Below, in pieces: positions 28,738-38,800 of a stretch of DNA of 64,000 nucleotides. Position 1 is the stretch's first letter, and each line of letters begins with the position of its first letter. Below the pieces are notes generated by a model that was not told the DNA's origin, did no database searches, and saw only the letters and a program-made list of their open reading frames with translations. The translations under genes were made by a program, and so were the position numbers. The stretch spans positions 13,737-77,736 of the forward strand of contig JBFMFO010000011.1 of the NCBI GenBank assembly GCA_040754095.1, written 5' to 3'. Source of the DNA: Thermodesulfobacteriota bacterium (lineage in GTDB: Bacteria; Desulfobacterota; QYQD01).

Positions 28738-28918
28738 TTTTAGAGAACCCTTAGTTTCTTCGCTTCACGGCTTACGCAGCGACCCTTTCGGGACTCGCAG
28801 GCGGGGAATGTTTGCCCCTTCCAGCCACTAAAGGGCTGGCTTTCCCCTTCCTGCTCGCCCTCGAAGGGAACCCCGCTGCTCCAGCAAGTTACGCTCAGAA
28901 CCATAAGGGTTCTCTAAA
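28738..28918 (+). repeat. Family-A structured repeat, copy 3 (15-bp perfect terminal inverted repeats)
   Basis: tttagagaaccctta (28738-28752) pairs with taagggttctctaaa (28904-28918). The core is about 90 percent identical to A1 and A2. Confidence 0.9.
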
Positions 28919-28972
28919 GAAATGCGAAACCATCAATAACATAATAGTATCAAAATACCTGCCTTAAAAAAC
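28919..28972 (+). repeat. Module X, copy abutting the right end of A3 in plus orientation
   Basis: Reads gaaatgcgaaaccatcaataacataatagtatcaaaatacctgccttaaaaaac. See 22499-22553. Confidence 0.75.
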
Positions 28973-29065
28973 AATGTAGGGTGGGCTTTGCCCACCAAGA
29001 AAATGATGGTGGATCAAGGTAATAATATATTGACCCACGTCATGATTTAAGGTTATTTAGGTGTT

Positions 29066-29572
29066 ATGTGGGGGATGTTTAGTTTTCTGTTAAAGATGGT
29101 TAGGCCTGCTTCCGACCGCAACACGGCGGCAAAGGTCCCATCGGCGGAATTATCCGCGCTGGAGAAGGAGGCGGCCAACCATCATATAGAGGCCATGAGC
29201 TATCTGCGCCGGGCCGTCTATGATCAGGCCGGAAAAAGGGCGCTCCAGGCCCGGGATGTGTGGATGCGGCTGCGCGACTTGGGGAGGCAGGGCGGTTACG
29301 GCGGTCACTTGACCGACCGTTTCGTCGCTAACCAAATAAAAACCCTTGCCGATCTTTACGCCCTCGCGCAGGAATGTAAGGAACTCTCGGCATCAGTCCT
29401 GTCCCACCTTGATGCAGAGAATTTCCTCGATCAGGACAAGCTGCGGGAAAAGATAAGTTGCGCCGGAGAAAGATTGACGTACCTCCTGGGCGAGATGGAG
29501 ACGGCAGGTATGGTCGAAAAATACCAGGGGGAAAACGGCGGAGTCCTATGGCGTAAGCGGACGGATCACTGA
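29066..29572 (+). CDS. Hypothetical protein (168 aa) with a possible C-terminal winged-helix
   Basis: An ORF only, with no family recognised. The C-terminal LTYLLGEMETAGMVEKYQGENGGVLWRK looks wHTH-like. Confidence 0.3.
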   Translation: MWGMFSFLLKMVRPASDRNTAAKVPSAELSALEKEAANHHIEAMSYLRRAVYDQAGKRALQARDVWMRLRDLGRQGGYGGHLTDRFVANQIKTLADLYALAQECKELSASVLSHLDAENFLDQDKLREKISCAGERLTYLLGEMETAGMVEKYQGENGGVLWRKRTDH

Positions 29573-30811
29573 ACCGGGCAAGACCTCTTTCTGAACAAAA
29601 TCGGCCTCGCCGCACCCCGGATAGACAATACTATTCGGCCCTATACGGACACCTGTGGGTAAGATAGTTTTTTTGCCCACGACGGTCAATCCGGTAAACA
29701 GTTGTTTGGGGAACTCCTGATTGGGTATGTCTTTGGGGCCGACTCCGATGATGACACCTTTCCTGATCTCTACTTTCTTATCCAGGATGGACATGGTTAT
29801 ACGGCTGCCGGTCATAATCCGGCATTCGTGCATAATCACCGAGTCTGTTACTCTGGCCCCCCTTGCCACATAGACGCCCGGTGACAGGACAGAGCGCTCA
29901 ACCGTTCCCTCAATAACGCAGCCGGCAGATATAACCGAGTTGGAGACCTTTGCCCCGGGCAGGATCATGGCCGGCGGCCAGTCGGACATTAAACCGGCTT
30001 CTTCAAGGTTTGGTCTGACTCCCCAGGCCTCGGGGGTAAGTCCGCCTGCCGGATCGAGGAGATCCATATTCGTCCTCCAGTAGGCATCGAGAGTGCCCAC
30101 GTCGCGCCAGTATCCCTGAAAAGGATAGGCATAGACCGCGTCTTTGTTGATGGCCATGGGTATAATATGTTTGCCGAAGTCATGTTCCCCGGTTTTTTGC
30201 AATACAGAGAGAAGATAGGAGGTCTTGAAGACATAGATGCCCATGGAGGCCAGGTTGGTTCTGGGCACTTCCGGCTTTTCTTCCCATTCCATTATGCGTC
30301 CCTTCCGGTCCGTGATGGCCGTGCCGAAGTTTCTTATCTGGTCTATGGGGACGGTCATCATGGCGATGGTCATATCCGCCCTTTTCCTGCGGTGAAACTG
30401 GATCACAGGACGATAATCCATGTAGTAGATATGGTCGCCGGAGAGGACCAGTACCTCCCGCGAGGGATGAGAATTGATATAATCTATATTCTGGCGCATG
30501 GCATCGGCCGTGCCTTTGTACCAGTCGGAATCCTTCTGGCCGGTGCGCGGCGGGAGTATCTTGGCCCCGCGGCCGCGGCCGATAAAGTCCCACGGAGCAC
30601 CGGTGCCGATGTGCTCCATAAGGGACAGGGGCTTATACTGGGTAAGGACGGCTACGTTGTTAATGCCGGAATTCATCACATTGCTGAGTGTAAAGTCTAT
30701 GATACGGTAAATCCCGCCGAACGGCACCGCAGGCTTGGCGCGCGCCTCCACCATAATATTGAGGCGGCTCCCTACGCCGCCGGCCAAAAGCATGACGAGC
30801 GTTTCATTCAT
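29546..30811 (-). CDS. glgC: Glucose-1-phosphate adenylyltransferase (catalytic-type)
   Basis: Contains LLAGGVGSRL...RAKPAVPFGGIYRIIDFTLSNVMNSGI..VLTQYKPLSLMEH and a C-terminal left-handed beta-helix region. Confidence 0.8.
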   Translation of the reverse strand: MNETLVMLLAGGVGSRLNIMVEARAKPAVPFGGIYRIIDFTLSNVMNSGINNVAVLTQYKPLSLMEHIGTGAPWDFIGRGRGAKILPPRTGQKDSDWYKGTADAMRQNIDYINSHPSREVLVLSGDHIYYMDYRPVIQFHRRKRADMTIAMMTVPIDQIRNFGTAITDRKGRIMEWEEKPEVPRTNLASMGIYVFKTSYLLSVLQKTGEHDFGKHIIPMAINKDAVYAYPFQGYWRDVGTLDAYWRTNMDLLDPAGGLTPEAWGVRPNLEEAGLMSDWPPAMILPGAKVSNSVISAGCVIEGTVERSVLSPGVYVARGARVTDSVIMHECRIMTGSRITMSILDKKVEIRKGVIIGVGPKDIPNQEFPKQLFTGLTVVGKKTILPTGVRIGPNSIVYPGCGEADFVQKEVLPGSVIRPLTP

Positions 30812-32061
30812 TGTACGGCCTCACCGGATGGGATTTCTTTCTTTGTAAATTGCTCAGGCCTGAGGTCCGGATAGATAGTGCACCCTGTTCCGATGGCCAT
30901 ACCGGCCGGTATCCGGGTAGAGCGGCCGATGACCGTGATCCCGCCCTGAGGCGCGTCCGCCCCGTTTTTTTTGCCGATGACCGTATGCGCGCCGATCACG
31001 ACATCAACATCGGATATGACCCTTTCCAGAGAGGCCCCTTCTTCCACGGTAGTATCAAAAAACAATACAGAGTCTTTTACGATGGCCCCTTTTGCTATCC
31101 TGACGCCGGGGAAAAGCACGCTATTTTCCACCTGCCCTTCGATGCGGCAGCCGTGATAAAAGCTGGAATTGTTAATGCGCGCCGTTTTTCCGATGACGGC
31201 GGGTTGACGGTCACAAATAGCCTGGTGTTCCAGATTGGTCCTGAGCATCCATTCCCCGAGGACGATCTTCGGCCTTCGGCCCAGTGTATCCATATTGGCC
31301 TGCCAGTACTCCTCGATCTTACGGCTATAGCCCCAGTATCCGGTATGCTTGTATCCATAGACCTTATAGCGCCCCAGCATAGCGGGGATGATATCCCGGC
31401 CAAACTCATGGGAATCACTTTTAACGTTTTCCTGCAGCGCTTCTCTCAGGGCCTCGGGCCGGAATAAGTAAATGGTCATGGAGGCCCACGTTGAGGCCGG
31501 TTCGGCCGGTTTTTCCTGGTATAATAAAATTCTCCCGCCCGCCCTGTCCTCATCTGCTATCTGCGCCAGGCCGAAACGCGGGGCCTCTTCGGTTTCTACC
31601 GCTACGAAGGCTGCCGTAAGATCGGCCTTTTTTTTAAGGTGATAGGCAATCATAGGCTGGTAGTTCATCCTGTAGATATGGTCGCCGGACAGAACCATAA
31701 CCAGGTCCGGCTTATGGTAGTCGATAAAATCCAGATTCTGGAATACGGCATCTGCCGTTCCCTTGTACCAGTCAGAGGCCTTATGTCCTTGAAAGGGGGG
31801 GAGCATGGTGACCCCGCGATGCCTGCCCACCATATCCCAGGAGGCCCCCTGGCCGATGTGGTTTATCAGGGAGTAAGATCGATACTGGGAAAGGATGCCC
31901 ACGTTTTCGATGTTTGAATACCGAAGATTGCTCAAGGGGCAGTCGATGACGCGATAGATCCCGCCAAAGGGGACAGCGGATTTAGGCCGGTAGAAGGTTA
32001 ATACATTCAGTTCGTCCACGCGGCCCCCGGCCAGAATCATAGCCAGAATCTTTTGCATCAA
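30808..32061 (-). CDS. GlgC-family paralog with a degenerate catalytic N-terminus (GlgD-like)
   Basis: The fold is the same, but GGxGxRL is replaced by ILAGGRVDELNVLT and RAKPA by YRPKSA. The start overlaps the downstream glgC stop. Confidence 0.65.
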   Translation of the reverse strand: MMQKILAMILAGGRVDELNVLTFYRPKSAVPFGGIYRVIDCPLSNLRYSNIENVGILSQYRSYSLINHIGQGASWDMVGRHRGVTMLPPFQGHKASDWYKGTADAVFQNLDFIDYHKPDLVMVLSGDHIYRMNYQPMIAYHLKKKADLTAAFVAVETEEAPRFGLAQIADEDRAGGRILLYQEKPAEPASTWASMTIYLFRPEALREALQENVKSDSHEFGRDIIPAMLGRYKVYGYKHTGYWGYSRKIEEYWQANMDTLGRRPKIVLGEWMLRTNLEHQAICDRQPAVIGKTARINNSSFYHGCRIEGQVENSVLFPGVRIAKGAIVKDSVLFFDTTVEEGASLERVISDVDVVIGAHTVIGKKNGADAPQGGITVIGRSTRIPAGMAIGTGCTIYPDLRPEQFTKKEIPSGEAVQ

Positions 32062-32080
32062 AACGCTCCTTGACTGGTTT

Positions 32081-32215
32081 CCATTCGGAACTCCAGGAGT
32101 TTCGAATGGAGCGGTCAGCAGTCAGCTATCAGCATGAAGCCGGTTCACCGTTCACTGTTGACCGTTTACCGAAAGAAAATGTCGGACAACGGTTAACGGT
32201 TAACAAACATGCCGA
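32081..32215 (-). repeat. Family-C quasi-palindrome, copy 3 (inverted)
   Basis: The terminal hairpin is ccattcggaactccaggagtttcgaatgg. The reverse complement of the core matches 21401-21515 and 26690-26790. Confidence 0.85.
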
Positions 32216-32220
32216 AGGCT

Positions 32221-33444
32221 TTATATCTCAGCTTTCGGCACCACCACAATGCCGGAGGGATCGACAAAGTAACGCCGGCGATCTTGTTCCATATCATAAC
32301 CTATACGCGTGCCCGGAGGCAGAGTAACATTTTTATCGATGATCGTCCTTTTTATCATTACGTCTTCCATCAGGGTAACGTGATCGAATATAATGGAGTC
32401 TTCAACTACACACCGGCTGCCCACAAAAACGTGTCTCCCCACAATCGAATTTTTTATCTCGCCGCCGCTTATGATGGTTCCGCCGGCAATCAGGGAATCT
32501 CTGACCATGGCTTCCCGGCCATACTGGTCATAGATAAGTTTTACCGGCGGCGTGGCGTAGCCGGCGGTTCTAAGCGGCCAGCGCCGGTTATAAAGATTAA
32601 AAGACGGCACAGGTGCTGTAAGGTCCATGTTGGCCTCGTAGTAGGCCTTAAGAGTTCCGATATCCCGCCAATAAATATTTTCTCCATTATTAAGGGCCCC
32701 GGGGATTTTATTTATTCGAAAATCATAGGCAAAAACCCGCCTTTTCTGGAATAAAATAGGGATAATCTCACCCGCCAGATCATATTTGCCGCTTGCTTCA
32801 ACGTCCTTTTTCAATGTTTCACAAAGCACTGTAGTATCAAACAGGTAATTACCCATGGAAACCAGGGCCGTATCCGGCCTTCCGGGAATGGGATGCGGGT
32901 TTTCCGGTTTTTCTTCGTAACCGATGATCCGCCAGTTATCGTCAACCTGTATGACTCCGAAAGGGTAGCTTTTTTCTATAGGCAAGGGTATGGCGGCAAC
33001 CGTCACCTCTGCCTCTTTTTCCCGGTGGTATTGCAGCATTTGCCTGATATCCATACGGTAGATATGGTCGGCGTTGAATATAGCCACCACTTCAGGATAA
33101 ATTTTCTCGATGAGGTGCAGGTTCTGATATACCGCATCTGCTGTCCCCCTGTACCAGTCTTCATCGGTGCGCATTTGGGCGGGCGCCGGCATAATGAAAA
33201 AGTCACTGACAGCGCTTCCTATCGTCCATCCGTTCCGTAAGTGCTCCATGAGCGACTGACACTTAAATTGCGTCAGCACATAGATGGAGTAGATTCCGGA
33301 ATTAATGAAATTGCTGAGCACAAAGTCAATAATTCTATATTTTCCACCAAAAGGAACGCTGGGCTTGGCGCGTTGCCGGGTGAGAGGGGAGAGTCTCCTG
33401 CCTAAGCCTCCCGCCAGTATGATGCCTAATACTTTAATCGGCAT
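32221..33444 (-). CDS. glgC: Glucose-1-phosphate adenylyltransferase
   Basis: Contains ILAGGLGRRLSPLTRQRAKPSVPFGGKYRIIDFVLSNFINSGI, close to the canonical GlgC N-terminus. Confidence 0.85.
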   Translation of the reverse strand: MPIKVLGIILAGGLGRRLSPLTRQRAKPSVPFGGKYRIIDFVLSNFINSGIYSIYVLTQFKCQSLMEHLRNGWTIGSAVSDFFIMPAPAQMRTDEDWYRGTADAVYQNLHLIEKIYPEVVAIFNADHIYRMDIRQMLQYHREKEAEVTVAAIPLPIEKSYPFGVIQVDDNWRIIGYEEKPENPHPIPGRPDTALVSMGNYLFDTTVLCETLKKDVEASGKYDLAGEIIPILFQKRRVFAYDFRINKIPGALNNGENIYWRDIGTLKAYYEANMDLTAPVPSFNLYNRRWPLRTAGYATPPVKLIYDQYGREAMVRDSLIAGGTIISGGEIKNSIVGRHVFVGSRCVVEDSIIFDHVTLMEDVMIKRTIIDKNVTLPPGTRIGYDMEQDRRRYFVDPSGIVVVPKAEI

Positions 33445-33453
33445 AAACCCCTT

Positions 33454-34467
33454 TCAGGTCTTTAAGTGCCGGACGATTAATCTCTCTAAACTCCGCGAAG
33501 AAAACTCCCGGGCGGATGGCGGCATGTTGGTTTTTGGGATTTCGGCCCGGGCGCTCTGGCGATGTCCACCGGCCGAGCCCATAGCCCCAAAGACCTGTAT
33601 GGCCAAGTTGCCCGCATTTTTCCGGTATCCGTCAGAGCGAAAAATTACTATGAACTTTTCTCCGCAGAAACCCGAAACAATGCCCCAGCCGATCTCATAC
33701 ACACGCATAAAATAATCAGCCAGAAGCACCAGGATATCCGGGTGCTCCACTTTTCCTACATGGCAGTAAATACGTTTTCGGGAATAACGCATTTTATCCA
33801 AAGCCAGTCTGAAATATGCCAGGTCGCTCAGTTTAATATCGGAAGATTCGATCTTTCGGATAAGCGCCTGGTTTACCCGGTCAAAGAGACGGGTAAAGGC
33901 CGCAATGTCCTGACTCGTAGCCCGTTTGGTAAAGTTTTCCGTATCCACCTTGATAGCATGAAAAAGGGCTGTAGCTATGCGCACCGAGGGCTTGATGCGT
34001 GCGGCGCGCAGATATTCGAACATGATGGAGGCCGTGGCCCCATATTTCGGCCTTATATCAACCCAGGAGGCATTGACCGGTCCAACGGCAGGGTGGTGGT
34101 CAATCACCGCATCATAGTCAATATGGGCAAAGTCCGGATTGTGGTAAGGCTGTGAATCAAGCATTATTTTGCGGGTAAAGGTCTCGGTCGCCAGCGTCTG
34201 CAGGCGTTGCAGGGGGACATTGAGGAGCCTTACCATAGCCAGATTGTCAAGACGTTTGATTTCGTTGTTATGGGCTATGGTCACACCCTGTACGCGTCTC
34301 CAGAGGAGCCTTTTCATGGCCAGGGCGCTGGCTATGGAGTCCGGATCGGCGTTAATGACGATGAGTACGCGGTCGGTCTTGTCAAAAATCTTCACGAGAT
34401 TTTGCAGCCGCTCTACTGAAGGATTTTTGTTTTTTGAGTGTGTGACTTTAGCTTTTGTTAAAGGCAT
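33454..34467 (-). CDS. DHH family phosphoesterase (NrnA-like)
   Basis: Contains INADPDSIASALAM, DYDAVIDHHP and GGHRQSARAE (the DHHA1 GGH motif). I set the start at the MPLTKAK ATG, just downstream of the stop codon (34472) of the preceding minus-strand GalT-like gene. Confidence 0.7.
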   Translation of the reverse strand: MPLTKAKVTHSKNKNPSVERLQNLVKIFDKTDRVLIVINADPDSIASALAMKRLLWRRVQGVTIAHNNEIKRLDNLAMVRLLNVPLQRLQTLATETFTRKIMLDSQPYHNPDFAHIDYDAVIDHHPAVGPVNASWVDIRPKYGATASIMFEYLRAARIKPSVRIATALFHAIKVDTENFTKRATSQDIAAFTRLFDRVNQALIRKIESSDIKLSDLAYFRLALDKMRYSRKRIYCHVGKVEHPDILVLLADYFMRVYEIGWGIVSGFCGEKFIVIFRSDGYRKNAGNLAIQVFGAMGSAGGHRQSARAEIPKTNMPPSAREFSSRSLERLIVRHLKT

Positions 34468-34471
34468 ATCT

Positions 34472-35485
34472 TCAGACCTGTACACTGCGCATGAATTGAG
34501 CGGTTTCCTCCGGTATGGCAGTATTGATGTATATGCCGGTTCCCATCTCAAAACCGGCTGCGGTAGTCAGGCGGGGCCGGATCTGCAGATGCCAGTGGAA
34601 GTAATCCTCGTGCTCATCCTTTACCGGTGCGGTATGTATTATGTAATTAAAATCCGGGTTATGCAGGCCGATGTATTGTTTTTTAAGAACTGTCTTCAGT
34701 ATAACGGCAAAGGCCTTGGCATCCTCCATAGTGATAAGGCCAAATGAGGCGCTGTGTTCCTTGGGCATAATCCAGGTCTCGAAGGGCACCTGGGAGGCAA
34801 AAGGGTGGACAGCGATAAATTTATCGGTCTCCAATATCACCCGTTCGCCGCCCTGCTTTTCTTCCCGGATTATATCACAATAGACACACTTGCCGGTGTC
34901 GTCGTAATAATATGCGGCGCGGTCAAACCGGATGCGGATATCCGTCGGCACAATGGGTGTGGCCACTAACTGGGAATGTGGATGTTCAAGGGAGGTTCCG
35001 GCGGAAAGGCCATGATTTTTAAAGATGATGATAAATTTGCAGCGGGGGTCGATGTGCAGTATCTGGTAACGTTCCAGGTAGGCCAGAACAACCTCTTGCA
35101 CATGCCAATCATCCATCAGGAATAGATGCTCGTTGTGTTTATTGGATTCGATAATGACCTCATGGTGGCCTACGGCATCCATACGATGAAAGAAGTTGGC
35201 CCCGTCATGCTGCCGCTCTAAATTTCCTTCAGAGACAAAGGCGGCAAATTTATTGGAAACCGCCCGTACCCACCACCCCGGGCCGTTGGCCTGGCCTCCC
35301 CTTCGATAAGCCAGGGTCTCCGGGGGAGTAAGGAGTTCATTGCCCTCACAGAAAGGGCACGCCGCCAGATAGGGTTCTGTGGACATGGCGGGCTTGACCT
35401 GGATGAAGTTATGCGGACGCCTTGAACGTTCCTTGGCTATAACCACCCAGAAGCGTGTGGCCGGATTTTGTCTTAGCTCTGGCAA
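34472..35485 (-). CDS. GalT-like HIT-family nucleotidyltransferase (galactose-1-P uridylyltransferase / ADP-glucose phosphorylase type)
   Basis: Contains CPFCEGNE and HPHSQL, with N-terminal RQNPATRFWVVIAKERSRRP. Confidence 0.75.
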   Translation of the reverse strand: MPELRQNPATRFWVVIAKERSRRPHNFIQVKPAMSTEPYLAACPFCEGNELLTPPETLAYRRGGQANGPGWWVRAVSNKFAAFVSEGNLERQHDGANFFHRMDAVGHHEVIIESNKHNEHLFLMDDWHVQEVVLAYLERYQILHIDPRCKFIIIFKNHGLSAGTSLEHPHSQLVATPIVPTDIRIRFDRAAYYYDDTGKCVYCDIIREEKQGGERVILETDKFIAVHPFASQVPFETWIMPKEHSASFGLITMEDAKAFAVILKTVLKKQYIGLHNPDFNYIIHTAPVKDEHEDYFHWHLQIRPRLTTAAGFEMGTGIYINTAIPEETAQFMRSVQV

Positions 35486-35547
35486 TTATTTCCCCGCCTT
35501 GCCTTTGTTATTATTCAGCGTAGGTCCCTTATATCAAGTTCCATTCA

Positions 35548-35624
35548 AATCCCCCTTGATCCCCCTTTTTCAAAGGGGGAGATTATATCCCCCTCTTTGG
35601 AAAAGAGGGGTGAGGGGAGATTTT
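35548..35624. repeat. Family-E nested G/C hairpin element
   Basis: The hairpins are tccccctttttcaaaggggga and cccctctttggaaaagagggg, inside the outer pair aatccccc / ggggagatt. It is related to 13151-13194. Confidence 0.75.
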
Positions 35625-35811
35625 ATGGGTATATTTTTGATTACAACTTGGTATTAGGCGCAAGCAAGCTTCTCTATTCGCCAAATTGTAACAAAACGAT
35701 CGAGACATGTCAAAGTAAAAGGTCCGCCGGGTCCAGGACTTCCCTGGATATGTACCTCGATCCACCATAGGGTGTCCCCCCTTTTAGTTTTATGTTTCTA
35801 TGAGAGTCCGC

Positions 35812-38800
35812 TCAAATCCTCCGGCATCCGGGGCCGCTCAGGTTGCTGCGACCGCCTGTCTCGGGTATTACCTGTATTTGTGTGCCGATGCGCTCCTTGA
35901 GCGTTGTGACATGTGATATGACACCAATAAGTTTGCCGTCCTGCTGCAGTTCCGCAAGAGTCTCCAAGGCTGTTTCAAGTGCATCTTCATCGAGGGTCCC
36001 AAACCCTTCATCAAGGAAGAGTGAGTCAACCCGCACATTTCTGCTTGCCATATGAGAAAGGCCGAGCGCCAGGGCAAGGCTCACAATAAAGCTTTCGCCG
36101 CCGGAGAGATTCTTCGTGGAACGTATCTCACCCGCCTGGTAGTTGTCGATGACATTCAGCTCCAGCGGTTGTGATGTATCGCGTATGAGCAGATAGCGAT
36201 CCGTCATCTTCCTGAGCCGGCGGTTGGCATGCGCTGTCATCATCTCGAATGTCAGACCCTGTGCAAAGTTCCGGAATTTCTTTCCGTCGGCTGAGCCGAT
36301 AAGTTGATGCAGGTCATCCCAGCGTGTGCATTCCTTTTTCCGGGTTTCAGTGCTCTTTATGCGTTCCTGCTGCTTTTTCCTTAGTTTCTCGTTTTCACTT
36401 AAACTCCTTATGATTCCGCCAATATCAAGTCTTATCTGTTTCAGTTCTGAATCACAGGCGCTTATGTTTTCTTTAAGCGCCTCAACGGGTTGATATGTCA
36501 GGTTTTTTTCACGTTCGGAGGCAAGCGCCTCCGACCTGTCCTTCCGGCGGGCGTCAAGTTCCGTTTTTTCCTTGATCAGGCGTTTCTCTTTGTCAGCGAG
36601 GATTCCCCGTTCTTCCTCCGTCAGGCGTGATGAAAGGTAGTCTGCCTCGTCTTCAAATCCCGCCGTTTTGATCCGCTCCATCAGTTTCGGCCCGGCCTGC
36701 GCCAGTTCTTTTGCCCGCTTTCCTGTTTTTACTTTCAATAAATCTATTTTCTCTTTCAGGGCGCTGATCTCTTTTTCAATTTGCCCGTATTCTTCGCGTG
36801 CTTTTTCATAAGCTTTACCCGCCTTATCCACGGCGTCCGCCAGATGTTTTTCCTCCTGGTCAGCGTTCTTTTCTCCGAAGAGTCCCCGGCGTGAAGCACA
36901 CAATGATTCATACTCCATCTTTAGATCGTCACGATCTTTGCGCCTTGCCGCCAGATCTTCTTCCAGGCTGCTCAGGAGGGCATTATATTTCTCAATCTCC
37001 GCTTTCAGTTCACGGATCTGTTTTTCCAGCGTGATTTTTTCAGCCTCTTTTGCCTGCCAGATATCTTTGTGTCCGGTCAGGTCTTTCAATAGGGCGTCGA
37101 GACTGTCTAACGGAATCCGGCTGATCCCGAATGGTACGACATCCTTAAGGGCATCGTTACGGGCCTTTTGAGTCTCTTCCGCCAGAGCGGCGCAATCTTT
37201 GGTCAGCCGTTCATGATCACGACCGGCCGTCTCCAGTTTGTGTCTGGCCTCCTGTAAGGCCTTTCCTGCGTTGTCAAGGGTCTTTCTTGTTTTTTCCAGT
37301 ACCGTCTGCGCCGATTTTTCCTGTCGGCCATTTTCTTCGACCAGGGCAACGATACCCCTTGTTTCGGCAATTTTCGCCTGTACGCCGGCAATCTCTTTGC
37401 GAATCTTCCCGGCGCGATCCAACCGTGAAACTTCTATTTTCAGACTCAACAGGGCGTCGGCGCACTGTTTTTCGTCGGCGTCCAGCGTCGCATTCTTTTC
37501 TGCCATCTCTTTTTCAATATGCTGGATTTCAGTTGCGGTCCGAACCCGGTCGGCTTCCAGCTTGTTCAGATGACGAGACACCTTTTTGCATTCATCCTTC
37601 GTTTTTTGAAGCTCCGCCTCCGCCTCGTTCAAGACCGGGACATTCCCCTTTGCATAGGGATGCTCCGTAGCGCCGCACAGCGGGCATGGTTTGCCGTCTT
37701 CAAGTTGTTTCCTTTCTTCCTCAAGGTCACGGATACGGCTGAGGAGTAATGCCTGTGTTTCCAGGGTTACAATATCTTTTTCCAAAATCGCTTTTTTATC
37801 GGCGCAGGATTTTATCTCGTCGGAAAGTTTCGCATAACAGACTTTTAATGTTTCAAGACCTGTTTTCAGGCTGTCCAGCGCAGTGTATGTCTTGTCAATC
37901 CGTGCAATGGTCTCGCCTGTCTGGATCAAAAGACGCTCGCGGTCTTTAAGGGCATCTGTATCATGACGCCACTGGCTGATTTCACGTCCCCTGAGGATAG
38001 CCGTGATTTCATCAGTCAGGTGCTTAAGTTCACTTTGTCCTTTCTCAAATTCCTGGCGGGATTTTTCATGATCGGCTTCGCTTTTGGCGCACCCGGCAAG
38101 GGCGGATTCCTTTTTCGCGGCTGCCGTGGACAGTTCTTCCCGGGCTTTTATATGCTTTGCCTCAATATCGCGAAGCAATGCAAATCCCTTGTCGATGGCG
38201 CTGAGGTTGGTCAGCAACGCGGCATCGGCAGCGTGTTTTGCCTGGTATTCACGGATAGCTTTCAGGGCGGCATGAGCCTTTTTCAGCTCCTGTTCACCGC
38301 TTTTGACAAGGCTTCTGTAGCCTTCCCCCTGTTTTTCGATTTCTCCGATTGCCTTGTTTTTCTCTGCGAGCTGCTTTTTCTGTTCACCCAGCCGGGTGTC
38401 GATCTCACGCACCTTTTTGATGACATCCCTTTCCGACATCTGCCTGGTTCGTGCCTCATTCAGCCGGGCCTCTGCGGCCTGCCTTACGGTATGCGCATCT
38501 GCACAGGCCTTATCCTTTTCAGGCAGAATCGCGATTGCGCCATTAAGCTCCTTTGTCTCATTGTCCTGCTGTACGCGCAAAGCATCTACCCTGCTGTAAT
38601 CGCCTTCAAGACTGAGGGCCTTGCGGGATTTTTCCAGCTTTTTTGATTCCGGCGCAAACGCCTGCCGGCGCTTCTCGAAATCCTGCTGTTTCTTGTCCAG
38701 TTCTACCAGCTCTTTCTCCAGGGCAACCATCCCCTCGATCCAGGTCAGGGCCTTGCGCATTTCACTCACTTTTCCGGCAAGTTCCGTCTCCTGGCCTTGC

